From Alphaproteobacteria bacterium (lineage in GTDB: Bacteria; Pseudomonadota; Alphaproteobacteria; UBA7887), in contig CBDCGL010000011.1 of assembly GCA_965216755.1 (NCBI GenBank), positions 4,768,001 through 4,832,000 on the forward strand: a stretch of 64,000 bases of DNA. The letters are read 5' to 3'. Shown piece after piece: positions 8,431 to 18,028 of this stretch. The translations under genes and the position numbers were made by a program. Every line of letters begins with the position of its first letter. Within the stretch, counting starts at the first letter, position 1. The notes under the pieces are model-generated. The model searched no databases. It was not told the DNA's origin and saw nothing but the letters and a program-made list of their open reading frames with translations.

Positions 8431-11400
8431 GTGCTATCCGCTCTCGTCGGCGCTTCCATTCGCCACTATCAGGTTGTCATCGCGCTGACATTCTTGTTTC
8501 TGGGCTACGGTGTCTATCGGGTATTAAACGCCAGCCTCGATATTTTTCCTGAGTTCTCGCCCAAGCTTGTCATCGTGCAAACCGAAGCGCCAGGGCTTAC
8601 GGCCGAACAAGTCGAAGCCTTGGTGACCTTGCCAATTGAAGGCGCGGTCGGCGGTTTGACAGACCTTGAGAGCGTGCGTTCGCAATCCATCCAAGGTCTG
8701 TCAGTTGTCACACTGACTTTTGATGATCGAACAGACCTGTTTCGCGACCGGCAATTTGTTGCTGAGCGTCTGTCGCTGTTGGCGGATCAGCTACCCGAAG
8801 GCATCGGACCACCTGTGATTGTGCCGCTGAGTTCGTCGTCTGGAACAGTCATGACGATTGGCCTTACATCAAAGACGTTGGACCAAAGCGAAATTCGCGC
8901 CTTGGCCGATTGGACGCTGGTTCCACGTTTGATCAGTGTGACAGGTGTTGCCGACGTCAATACATTCGGTGGCGTGCAGCGGCAGCTACAGGTCCAATTT
9001 GATCCCGAACGCATGCGGCGCCATGCTGTCGATGTCTCTGATGTTGTCGCTGCGGCCCGTGGCGCGATCGGAGTCGGCGGCGCCGGGTTTGTCGACAGCG
9101 GCAATCAGAGAATCGACATTCGGGCGGCTGGCTTTCCGCAAACGGCCGAAATGGTTGCCGGTATTGTTTTGCGACATGGAGCGGATGCGGCCCTCACGCT
9201 AGGCGATGTTGCCCAGGTTCGCTATGCCGCGGCACCAGCCATTAGTCGCGCAACCGTTCGCGGCGAACCGGCGGTTGTCATGATGATTATCGGCCAATAC
9301 CAGGCCAACACGCTGGCGGTCACACAGAACATTGAAGCCGCGCTGGCGGAATTGGAGCCGGTCTTTTCACGCCATGACGTAACACTACATCCAGATATTT
9401 TTCGACCAGCGAACTATATCGAGAAGTCGCTAGAAAACATCACCGGTCATTTGCTGGTTGGCGCCGTGCTGGTGATTTTGGTGCTGTTCATTTTCCTTTT
9501 CAATATGCGCAGCGCTCTGATTTCGGCGATGGCAATTCCGATATCCCTGTTGGCGGCGACGGTGGCGCTCATCGAGGCCGGAGTCAGCATTAACATCATG
9601 GTACTTGGTGGCTTGGCCATTGCCTTGGGCGAAGTGGTCGACGACTCGATCATCGATACCGAGAACATTTTTCGACGTTTACGTGAGAACAGCCGTGCGG
9701 CCGAGCCGGCTTCCCCCATGAGAATTGTCTATGACGCGTCCATGGAAGTTCGCGCTTCAGTGGTATACGCGAGCTTCATCGTGTCGCTTGTCTTCGTCCC
9801 ATTGTTGACGATCAGCGGAGTCGCGGGGCGGATGTTCGCGCCGCTCGGAATTGCTTATATCGTCGCAATTATTGCATCACTGGTTGTTGCCGTGACGGTA
9901 ACGCCGGCTTTGTGCACCGCTCTTTTGGCGCGCTCTACTCTAAGTGACCGAGACCCGCCTCTGATACGTGTGATGGGCCCGCGCTTCGCGGCAATGTTGC
10001 GAGCCATCGGCAAGTGGGGGCGGCTTGCGATCGCAACGGTGATGATTGTGTGCGGTATCGGGATTGCCGTTTTGCCGACACTGGGCAGTAGTTTTCTGCC
10101 GCCGTTGCGCGAGGGGCACTACATGATTCATACCTCCAGCGTGCCTGGCACGTCACTCGCCGAAACCATTCGGGTGGGAAATCAGATCACATCCGCCGTG
10201 CTAGAAATTCCTGGGGTCAGAACCATGTCGCAGTGGGCCGGGCGGGCGGAGCGCGGCGCGGACACTTTTGGAACCCACTATGCCGAGTACGAAGTCGACC
10301 TGGATGCCTGGTCGGGGCGAGAACAACAAGCGATTCTCGATCGCATTCGGGCAATCCTATCGACTTTTCCCGGAATCGTCGAAGAAGTTAATACGTTCTT
10401 GGTTGAGCGCATCGAGGAGACGATTTCAGGCTACACGGCACCTGTCGTCATCAATCTTTATGGCCAGGAATTGGAAGTTCTCGACCGTGTCGCCTTGGAG
10501 GTGGCCGCGGTGACACGAACGGTGAGCGGGGCGGCGGAAGTGCAAGTTCGGGCTTTGCCGGGTACGCCGGTGGTCGAGATCGTCGGTCGCCCGGAGGCTC
10601 TTACGCGGTACGGCTTGCGTCCGGCCGATGTGACGAACGTCGGGCGCGCAGCATTCGCCGGCGTTCACGTCGGGACAATTTATGACCAGGGTCGTGGCGT
10701 GGAAATGGCCGTGATCCTCGATCCAGAGTTGAGGCGACATCCCGACCAAATCGCACAATTGCCGATTCGTGCCGCAAACCACCAGATGCTGTCACTTTCG
10801 CATGTCGCTGAAATCCGACATGTGAGCGGGCGCTACGCGATTCTGCACGAGGACGGCCGGCGCCTGCAAACGATTACGGCACAAGTGGTGGGCCGTGATC
10901 TTGGATCTTTCATGGCGGAGTTGCGGCGCGCTCTAGAGCAAGAGGTCGCTTTGCCAGTGAATATGTACTTGCATTTCGCCGGATCCGCGGTCGCTCAAGC
11001 AGAATCGCGGCGCTCCTTGATCGCGAACGCCCTATTTGCCGGCGGTGGCGTCGTCCTGCTTTTGTTCATGGCGGTCGGCAGCGTGCGAAACGCCATCTTG
11101 GTGCTGGTCAACCTGCCGTTTTCCCTTGTTGGCGGCGTCGCCGCTGCCATCTGGATGGGTGGTGTACTGTCGATTGGATCGCTAGTGGGATTTGTGACGC
11201 TGTTTGGCATAACGGTCCGCAATGCCATTATGCTTGTGTCACACTATCAACACATGGTGGCCATCGAAGGAAAGATTTGGTCGACTGAAACGGCGATCCA
11301 AGGCGCGCGCGAACGGCTCCCCTCGATATTGATGACCGCCTTGGTGACCGGTTTGGCGCTGGTGCCCATCGCAATTGACAGCGACAACCCCGGTCGTGAA

Positions 11401-11544
11401 ATCATGGGGCCCATGGCCGCAATTATTATTGGTGGTTTGATCTCGTCGACCGTCCTGACTTTATTGCTGTTGCCGACGATCATGGCACGATATGGGCGGT
11501 TTCGGCCTCCTGACGCAGAGGCGATGCAGATCCGAAAAGCTTAG
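8431..11544 (+). CDS. CusA/CzcA-type (HME) RND efflux permease
   Basis: 1037 aa; DIFPEFSP..VIVQTEAPGL, LGGLAIALGEVVDDSIID.ENI, ERLPSILMTAL. Confidence 0.9.
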   Translation: MLSALVGASIRHYQVVIALTFLFLGYGVYRVLNASLDIFPEFSPKLVIVQTEAPGLTAEQVEALVTLPIEGAVGGLTDLESVRSQSIQGLSVVTLTFDDRTDLFRDRQFVAERLSLLADQLPEGIGPPVIVPLSSSSGTVMTIGLTSKTLDQSEIRALADWTLVPRLISVTGVADVNTFGGVQRQLQVQFDPERMRRHAVDVSDVVAAARGAIGVGGAGFVDSGNQRIDIRAAGFPQTAEMVAGIVLRHGADAALTLGDVAQVRYAAAPAISRATVRGEPAVVMMIIGQYQANTLAVTQNIEAALAELEPVFSRHDVTLHPDIFRPANYIEKSLENITGHLLVGAVLVILVLFIFLFNMRSALISAMAIPISLLAATVALIEAGVSINIMVLGGLAIALGEVVDDSIIDTENIFRRLRENSRAAEPASPMRIVYDASMEVRASVVYASFIVSLVFVPLLTISGVAGRMFAPLGIAYIVAIIASLVVAVTVTPALCTALLARSTLSDRDPPLIRVMGPRFAAMLRAIGKWGRLAIATVMIVCGIGIAVLPTLGSSFLPPLREGHYMIHTSSVPGTSLAETIRVGNQITSAVLEIPGVRTMSQWAGRAERGADTFGTHYAEYEVDLDAWSGREQQAILDRIRAILSTFPGIVEEVNTFLVERIEETISGYTAPVVINLYGQELEVLDRVALEVAAVTRTVSGAAEVQVRALPGTPVVEIVGRPEALTRYGLRPADVTNVGRAAFAGVHVGTIYDQGRGVEMAVILDPELRRHPDQIAQLPIRAANHQMLSLSHVAEIRHVSGRYAILHEDGRRLQTITAQVVGRDLGSFMAELRRALEQEVALPVNMYLHFAGSAVAQAESRRSLIANALFAGGGVVLLLFMAVGSVRNAILVLVNLPFSLVGGVAAAIWMGGVLSIGSLVGFVTLFGITVRNAIMLVSHYQHMVAIEGKIWSTETAIQGARERLPSILMTALVTGLALVPIAIDSDNPGREIMGPMAAIIIGGLISSTVLTLLLLPTIMARYGRFRPPDAEAMQIRKA

Positions 11545-11661
11545 TTGGTCGTTATACGGTCAATGCAAATGGTCGAGTTCACCTGGCGTTTGGCCCCGGC
11601 TGAGCGATGGCGGGGTGGCCGGGGCCATACGCCGGTGATGGCTACCAGCGCAATCGAATGC

Positions 11662-11907
11662 TTACTCCGCGCTGCAAGGATTGCAGGGGTTCTCAGCGTC
11701 GGCTGCAGCGGCGCACGGATTTTCGGCATCCGCGGACGCGGCGCAGGGATTTTCGGCGTCGGCCGCGGCGGCGCTACAGGCGCCACACGGGGTGGCTTCG
11801 TCCTGGGCAACGGCCATTTGACCCATGCTCAGACCGGCGACCATGGCCAGCGGCAAAACGGTTCCGGTCAATAGGCGGCCGCGCGTGGACTTCAAGATAG
11901 GCTTCAT
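11662..11907 (-). CDS. Small secreted Cys-rich protein with three AAxADAENPC repeats
   Basis: RBS AGGAGGAA, Sec signal peptide ending AVA|Q, mature part QDEATPCGACS-(AAxADAENPC)x3-NPCSAE. Confidence 0.75.
   Translation of the reverse strand: MKPILKSTRGRLLTGTVLPLAMVAGLSMGQMAVAQDEATPCGACSAAAADAENPCAASADAENPCAAAADAENPCNPCSAE
11680..11769 (-). repeat. In-frame 30-bp tandem repeat (about 3 units)
   Basis: GCC GCC GCG GCC GAC GCC GAA AAT CCC TGC / GCC GCG TCC GCG GAT GCC GAA AAT CCG TGC / GCC GCT GCA GCC GAC GCT GAG AAC CCC TGC; differences mostly synonymous; boundaries approximate. Confidence 0.75.
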
Positions 11908-12144
11908 GGAACGATTCCTCCTGTCCCTCGTTTTGGTCGTTCGCCGCATCTGCCTGTTATGTTGTATGCGGCGCTGTGGTGAGCCGGAATAAACCAGATA
12001 ATGGTTTGACTTGGTGTGGTATTTCTAAGACAAGAATTGGCTGACTTGGCACGACGACGGTGCCGTAGTCGAGGCCCGAATACTGGTGTTGAGCGAAGAG
12101 TTTTGCTATTTGCCGTTTGGCACGGAACCATGGGGACCAAATGA

Positions 12145-12438
12145 ATGGCGGTGCGTATCTATCAACCGGCCAAGACAGCCATGCAATCGGGGCAGCGCAA
12201 TATGCGTGGTTGGGTGTTGGAGTTCGAACCTCGATCGCGCCGCACGATTGACGATTTGATGGGCTGGACGAGTTCGGCGGACACACCGCAACAGTTGCGG
12301 CTCAGCTTTCCGACGGAAGATGCGGCGGTTGATTTTGCGCGTCGCAACGGGCTGGACTATCATGTCGCGCGGCCGCAGCGTCGTAGACCCAAGCAAAAAT
12401 CCTATGCGCACAATTTTCGCTTTGATCGGGTCGAATAG
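12145..12438 (+). CDS. ETC complex I subunit conserved-region protein (NDUFS4-like)
   Basis: RIYQPAKTAMQSG...W.LEF...DDLMGWTSSAD..QQLRLSF...YAHNF. Confidence 0.9.
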   Translation: MAVRIYQPAKTAMQSGQRNMRGWVLEFEPRSRRTIDDLMGWTSSADTPQQLRLSFPTEDAAVDFARRNGLDYHVARPQRRRPKQKSYAHNFRFDRVE

Positions 12439-12493
12439 CGATGTTGACCACTCGTGGTGAAGTTTTCACCGTGCGAGTCATGTCACAAGTCAC

Positions 12494-12570
12494 GCGCCCG
12501 TAGCTCAGCTGGATAGAGCACGAGCCTTCTAAGCTTGGGGTCGCAGGTTCGAGTCCTGCCGGGCGCGCCA
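12494..12570 (+). tRNA. tRNA-Arg (anticodon TCT)
   Basis: GCGCCCG acceptor stem, TAGCTCAGCTGGATAGAGC D-arm, CGAGC-CTTCTAA-GCTTG anticodon arm, GGTTCGAGTCC T-arm, encoded CCA. Confidence 0.97.
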
Positions 12571-12581
12571 CCTTGTTTCCG

Positions 12582-13882
12582 GTCCAGCCCGGAGACATAG
12601 GTAACAGTTTGTACCTAGGACATGGGTGACAACCACGCGCCGAACGGGTTGTCGAGGGGTTGCAGGGTTCTCTGTTCAAGATCGACGTAACCGAGATCAT
12701 AGTGCATGAAGCTGACGAGCCAAATGGCGTCGTCAACTTCCTTGATGCCGAGCCTTTGCCCCGCGAGCACGGTTGAGACATTGATTTTTTTGCGGTGCAA
12801 GCAGATGCGGCCGCAATTGGTAACCAGGATGTCGCGATCGTGAAAGGGGTAGGCGAGCTCTGGGACGCCGGTATAGGGCCGGGTTGAGGGTTTGTAGACC
12901 TCGTCTGGTGGTTTCATGTCCAGGGCCTGGTGGGGTCGTTCCGTGTTGAATTCGTCAACGAAGGCATCGAAGCGTGCTTGCTGCTGCAGGCTGTTCATGC
13001 CGGGCGGCCGTGTGGCTTCCTTTTTCAAAGTAAGGTGGAGGCGCTCGTGTCGGCCATTTTCTTGGGGATGGCCTGGTTTGATGCGCTCGACCTGAATGCC
13101 GAGGCGTAGCCACCAGACGGAGAGCTTGGAGAGATTGAACAAGCCGTTGGGGCTGGCGAAGGGTACGCCATTGTCCGATCTGATGGCGGCGGGCAGGCCA
13201 CGTTCAGCAAACAGGCGTTCGAAGGCGGTGAGAGTGAGATCTTGCTTTGTCGACTCGAGAGCTTCGCACATCAGGACGAAGCGCGAGGCATGGTCGGTAA
13301 CGGTCAAGGGGTAACAATACCGCCGGTTGCCGAGTCTGAACTCGCCTTTGAAGTCGGTGCACCACAAATCATTGGGTGCGGTGCCAGCGGACAGGGGTGT
13401 GCCTTTGGCTCTTCGGCGGGGCCGGCCTTTGCGTTTGACCAGGCCGTGCCGGTCGAGGACGGCATGAACGGTACTTTGGGCTGGGATGCGGACATCCCCG
13501 GCCAGGCGGCGGACGAGCAGCTCACGGATCTTGCGTGCGCCCCAATGGGGTTTCTCCTTTTTGAAGCGGATGATCAGGCTTTCGATCTGTGCCGGCAATT
13601 GGTTGGCATAGCGAACCGGCCGGCGGGAGCGGTCGCAGAGGGCTTCGAGCCCGTGCTCCTTGTAGCGATTGTAGATTTTGTAGCCTGTCTTGCGCGAGAT
13701 GCCGAACTGACGGCAGACATCGCTCATTGGCTCGCCCTCTAACAGGCGGGCGACAAAACGTAGACGTTCTTCCATGACCGAACTCTCTTTCCACGGCATC
13801 AACACCTCCGGCCCCACGAATTCGGCCAAAAGTGTTACCCATGTGTCCGGTACAAAACGTCACCTATCTCTCAGGTCGGTCA
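12582..13882 (-). mobile_element. IS481-family insertion sequence
   Basis: About 50-bp imperfect IRs (12582-12631, 13833-13882), each with two ATRGGTRAC sub-repeats; the tRNA-proximal terminus lacks the TG dinucleotide. Confidence 0.8.
12615..13799 (-). CDS. IS481-family DDE transposase
   Basis: MPWKESSVMEERLRFV HTH; PNDLWCTDFKG, IRSDNG.PF, PQENGRHER catalytic motifs; RBS GGAGGTG. Confidence 0.92.
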   Translation of the reverse strand: MPWKESSVMEERLRFVARLLEGEPMSDVCRQFGISRKTGYKIYNRYKEHGLEALCDRSRRPVRYANQLPAQIESLIIRFKKEKPHWGARKIRELLVRRLAGDVRIPAQSTVHAVLDRHGLVKRKGRPRRRAKGTPLSAGTAPNDLWCTDFKGEFRLGNRRYCYPLTVTDHASRFVLMCEALESTKQDLTLTAFERLFAERGLPAAIRSDNGVPFASPNGLFNLSKLSVWWLRLGIQVERIKPGHPQENGRHERLHLTLKKEATRPPGMNSLQQQARFDAFVDEFNTERPHQALDMKPPDEVYKPSTRPYTGVPELAYPFHDRDILVTNCGRICLHRKKINVSTVLAGQRLGIKEVDDAIWLVSFMHYDLGYVDLEQRTLQPLDNPFGAWLSPMS

Positions 13883-13921
13883 CCGAAAATACCACGCCCA
13901 GTTTAAGAGTATTCGGACTTC

Positions 13922-13939
13922 GTCCTGTGGGGCGCGCCA
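13922..13939 (+). repeat. att-like duplicate of the tRNA-Arg 3' end
   Basis: GTCCTGTGGGGCGCGCCA vs tRNA 12553-12570 GTCCTGCCGGGCGCGCCA (16/18). Confidence 0.7.
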
Positions 13940-13984
13940 TATTTCAGTAACCGAAGGAGTTTCGGTGTCGTTCCTTGAATTTTG

Positions 13985-14031
13985 GATCAGTTTTCGTTCA
14001 AACGACTCAGTTTGAACGGAGGTTGAGCTAG
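13985..14031. repeat. Dispersed palindromic repeat (partial copy)
   Basis: TTCGTTCAAACGACTCAGTTTGAACGGAGGTTGAGCTAG, similar to 57916-57954 and 25778-25800. Confidence 0.65.
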
Positions 14032-14665
14032 CCGCGCGGTCGACCGGCTACGGAGCGTTGTCCGATCGGCAAACAGGGAACCGTAGACGGCCAAAGCCGG
14101 CGCCAAGGCTTCTACGCTCGCCGAGGCCGCGGTGCAACTGTGCCGCGAGCACGCCAGGCTGGAAGATCCGACATTCGGGGCGCTGGTTGTGTTAGCGCTG
14201 GGAGCGGTTGAGGCGAAACGTAGATCGATCGTCCGCTGTTGGCGCCTCGACGGACCCAATCACCAACCAGATCATACGGTTAAGAATAGCCAGGACCAGA
14301 AAAGACCGTCTATCACTGATCATGGGAACCCAGGCTGCAGCTCTCAAAGGAAACGCGGAAACGACTGATCGGGGACCGCGTCTCACGATTTGCATCATGA
14401 CACGATGCCAGGCTCGTCCAAGTCTGGGTTCGCGGCGTGACGCCAAAACTGACAGAAGAGCGCCGGATGCTCCCACCTGGAGTGCTCAGGTCTACCGATG
14501 TTACCGGCGCGCTTCCAAACGGATGGATCTGGCCCGATACTCTGATTCGGTTCGTCCGGCATAAGTTGCTCGCGTAGCCGTTGAACGTGCGACCGACCGC
14601 GATATAGGCATCCGGCCGTTCTTGGTCGCGCACCGGTAACCGCCGTTCGACAGATGTGGCCACAA

Positions 14666-17600
14666 CTACCAGCTGTCCACGAAGGCACGCTTCTTGCCAG
14701 AGCGCTGCGGCGGCGGCGGCGCAGAATCGAGCGCGACCGCAATCCATTTGCGCGTGTCCGCAGGATCGATCACGGTGTCGAATTCGAGAATTGAAGCGGC
14801 ATTGATCGACTTGCCGCGTTCATAGCTCTCAGCGACCATGCGGTTGAAATAGGCTTTGCGCGCCTCGACCTCGTCGATCGCCTCCAGCTCTTTCCGATAG
14901 CCGAGCTTGACGGCGCCTTCCAGGCCCATGCCCCCGATCTCTGCCGTCGGCCAGCCGACGATAAACAAGGGTGTGCGATAACTACCTCCAGCCATGGCTT
15001 GCGCACCGAGTCCATAGGACTTGCGCGTTATGATCGAGACCATGGGCACATCGGCATTGCCAGCCGCCAGGAACAGCCGGCAACAATGGCGGACCAGCGC
15101 GGTCTTTTCGACTTCTGGACCGACCATCATGCCAGGCGTGTCAATCAATGTGATGAGCGGTAAATCGAAAGCATCGCAAAGTTTGATGAAGCGCGACGCT
15201 TTGTTCGAGGCCGGGCTGTCGATCGCCCCCGACAAATGCATCGGATTGTTGCCGAGAATGCCGACTGATCGACCCTCGATCCGTGCCAAAGCCGTCACCA
15301 TGCCCTTAGCATATTCCGGCCGCAACTCCAGGACCGAGCCAACGTCGGCAAGGCCGCGCACCACGTCGCACATATCATAAACCTGTAACCTGTTTTCCGG
15401 CACCACGTGGCGCAGGCGCCGCGGATCAGGTTCGGTCCAGTTGCTAAGCCGGCCCTGAAAATATGACAGGTACCGCTTCGCGACGTCGACCGCCTCGACC
15501 TCGTCCTCAACCAAAATGTCAATGCACCCGTTTGGCACTTGCACGCTTGTCGGCCCGACCTCCTCCGGTCGAAAAACACCCAAACCACCACCCTCGATCA
15601 TCGCCGGACCGCCCATTCCCAGGCACGTGTCGCGCGTCGCGATGACCACATCGCAGCAGCCGAGCAATGCCGCGTTGCCGGCGAACAACCGGCCCGAGCC
15701 GATGCCTATCATCGGCACCAGACCGCTCAATTGGGCATGATGCCAGAACGTGGTCATGAACAACCCGGCAATCATGATATCCGAGGCATCCGTGTCGCCT
15801 GGTCGTCCGCCGCCGCCCTCACAGAAGAAGACCATCGGCAGTTTTTGCCGCCGGATGACGTCTATCATGCGGTCCTTTTTCTCGTGATTCATGATGCCCT
15901 GCGTGCCGGCCAGCACCGTGTAGTCGTAGGCGAGCACTGCAGTGCGTCCGACCTCCCGACCAAATAGGTCGGCGTTAATCGTGCCGATTCCTGTGATCAA
16001 GCCGTCAGCCGGCGTATTGCGGATCAAGTCCTCCTTGGGGCGTCGGAACGTTTGCGCGGCGTATACCAAATCACCGTATTCCACGAAGCTGTCGGGATCG
16101 GTGAGCTGGGCAACATTTTCGCGCGCGGTGCGTTTGTTCAGTTTGCGCCGCTTCGCCACGGCCTCGGGCCGGGCGGCGTCTTGCAACAGCGCTTTGCGGT
16201 CCTGAAGTTCGGCCAGATCCGGCCGTACGTAATCCAGGTCGATGTCGGCTTCGCTATCGATTGCGACGGTATCCTCGTCGGTTGGAGCCAGCACAGCCAA
16301 CAAGTCACCCTCGAAGACCGTATCGTTGGCGCCGACGGCGAATCGACGAATGACGCCGGCTCGTTCGGCGCGGATCGTATGCTGCATCTTCATTGCTTCC
16401 ATCGTGAACAGCACCGCGCCCCGACCAACGGTGTCTCCCTCGTTCGCTTCGATCGACAGAATTGTCCCCTGCATGGGCGCCTTCAGCGCCCCCGGTTCGT
16501 CAACCACGGTATCGGTCGGGCGTTTTGTCGCCGGACCTGTCTTCCCATAGGCAAGGACGCCGAGCGGGTCGTCACCGACCTGGCCGGTCCGGGGCCGGGC
16601 TGCCGCCGGCGTGCCGGCAAAGGCAGACGGCGACGCGGGCGCGTCCGCCGCCGCCGCGGCCAATGCAGCGGCCCTTTGGTCGATGAGGTCCGTATAAGTG
16701 GCGCCATCGGCGATTTCCGGCAATTCGAGCAAGGCGAGAAGGTAGGGAATGTTGGTTTCCACACCCTCGATATGAAAAGCACGCAACGCCCTACGCGTGC
16801 GGACCACGGCATCGCCAATGCTTAATGGCGCATGGCAAATCACTTTGGCCAACAGGTTGTCATAGAACGGATTGGTTTTGAATCCAGCGTAGCCGTGGCC
16901 ATCGACACGCACACCATGGCCGCCCGGCGGTTCATAAGCGCTCAGTATGCCGCCTGTCGGCAGCGGCGCGCCATTGGCGTCGGTCTTCTCCAAGTTCACG
17001 CGGACCTGGATGGCCGAACCACGGGGCGCGGGCGTGTTTTCCTGGCTCAATCCCAAATCGGAGAGGGTCGCACCTGCCGCGATACGAATTTGAGTCCGCA
17101 CGAGATCCATGCCAGTCACGGCCTCGGTCACTGTGTGCTCAACTTGAAGGCGTGGGTTCGCCTCAATGAAGGCGACATCGCATTGATCGTCAATCATGAA
17201 TTCAAATGTGCCAAGCCCTCGATAGCTCACCGCGCGCGCCATCTTCACGGAAGCGTCGAGGATCTGCTGACGTATGGCCGGGTCAAACGCGGGGGCTGGC
17301 GCAATCTCAACGACCTTCTGATGGCGCCGCTGCAATGTGCAGTCTCGCTCCCACGCGTGTATTATGTCCGTGCCGTCGCCAATGATCTGCACTTCGACAT
17401 GCCGGGCGCGACGCATATAGCGCTCGGCAAAGACTGTACCATTGCCGAAGGCTGCGTGCGCCTCGCCGCTGGCCTCCTCTACCATCGCCTCGACTTGATT
17501 CGGTGCTGTGATCACCCGCATGCCGCGGCCGCCACCGCCGCCGGCCGCTTTGAGGACCACCGGCCCGCCGCCCAGCTTTTCCATGAATGAACGGATGTCG

Positions 17601-18016
17601 TCGGCGGTAGAATCGGGCCCAAGTCCCGGGTTGACCGGCACGCCAAGGCCCTTGGCCAGTTCCCGCGCGGTCGTCTTGTCGCCAAGTGTGCGCAGTGTTT
17701 CCGGGGTGGGACCGACGAAACTGATTCCCGCATCCGCCAGTGCCTCGGCAAAGGCGGCGCTTTCGGCCAGAAACCCATAACCCGGGTGCACCGCATCGCA
17801 GCCCGACTTGGAGGCCGCGGCGGCGACATTATCGATATCCAAATAGGCGCGTGGCCCGGTGCCTGGCAAAGCGACGACGCGATCGGCCCTGCGGACATGA
17901 AGGCAATCGGCATCGTCCTCCGCGTGCATGGCGACGCTTTCCAAACCTAACTCGGCCGCCGCCTGCGCGACGCGGATCGCGACCTCGCCGCGATTGGCAA
18001 TCAGGATGGATCGCAT
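14666..18016 (-). CDS. Single-chain biotin-dependent acyl-CoA carboxylase (BC-BCCP-CT fusion, LCC type)
   Basis: ANRGEVA, HPGYGFLAE, GGGGRGMR, NPRLQVEH (BC); EAMKM biotinylation motif; YTVLAGTQG, EGGGGRPGD, DTPGMMVG (CT). Confidence 0.92.
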   Translation of the reverse strand: MRSILIANRGEVAIRVAQAAAELGLESVAMHAEDDADCLHVRRADRVVALPGTGPRAYLDIDNVAAAASKSGCDAVHPGYGFLAESAAFAEALADAGISFVGPTPETLRTLGDKTTARELAKGLGVPVNPGLGPDSTADDIRSFMEKLGGGPVVLKAAGGGGGRGMRVITAPNQVEAMVEEASGEAHAAFGNGTVFAERYMRRARHVEVQIIGDGTDIIHAWERDCTLQRRHQKVVEIAPAPAFDPAIRQQILDASVKMARAVSYRGLGTFEFMIDDQCDVAFIEANPRLQVEHTVTEAVTGMDLVRTQIRIAAGATLSDLGLSQENTPAPRGSAIQVRVNLEKTDANGAPLPTGGILSAYEPPGGHGVRVDGHGYAGFKTNPFYDNLLAKVICHAPLSIGDAVVRTRRALRAFHIEGVETNIPYLLALLELPEIADGATYTDLIDQRAAALAAAAADAPASPSAFAGTPAAARPRTGQVGDDPLGVLAYGKTGPATKRPTDTVVDEPGALKAPMQGTILSIEANEGDTVGRGAVLFTMEAMKMQHTIRAERAGVIRRFAVGANDTVFEGDLLAVLAPTDEDTVAIDSEADIDLDYVRPDLAELQDRKALLQDAARPEAVAKRRKLNKRTARENVAQLTDPDSFVEYGDLVYAAQTFRRPKEDLIRNTPADGLITGIGTINADLFGREVGRTAVLAYDYTVLAGTQGIMNHEKKDRMIDVIRRQKLPMVFFCEGGGGRPGDTDASDIMIAGLFMTTFWHHAQLSGLVPMIGIGSGRLFAGNAALLGCCDVVIATRDTCLGMGGPAMIEGGGLGVFRPEEVGPTSVQVPNGCIDILVEDEVEAVDVAKRYLSYFQGRLSNWTEPDPRRLRHVVPENRLQVYDMCDVVRGLADVGSVLELRPEYAKGMVTALARIEGRSVGILGNNPMHLSGAIDSPASNKASRFIKLCDAFDLPLITLIDTPGMMVGPEVEKTALVRHCCRLFLAAGNADVPMVSIITRKSYGLGAQAMAGGSYRTPLFIVGWPTAEIGGMGLEGAVKLGYRKELEAIDEVEARKAYFNRMVAESYERGKSINAASILEFDTVIDPADTRKWIAVALDSAPPPPQRSGKKRAFVDSW

Positions 18017-18028
18017 TTGGGTCCCCTT

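Noticed and set aside
11680-11769. CRISPR-like 30-bp repeats
   Set aside because: Units are contiguous without spacers, in frame and synonymous-variable; no cas genes and no CRISPR array seen in the window.
12047-12135. Sigma-54 promoters at two TTGGCACG motifs
   Set aside because: No GC at the required -12 spacing.
12570-13940. Prophage or integrase island at tRNA-Arg
   Set aside because: No tyrosine or serine integrase and no phage genes anywhere in the window.
14035-14660. Short ORFs downstream of the att-like repeat
   Set aside because: No motifs or convincing RBS; probably decayed sequence.
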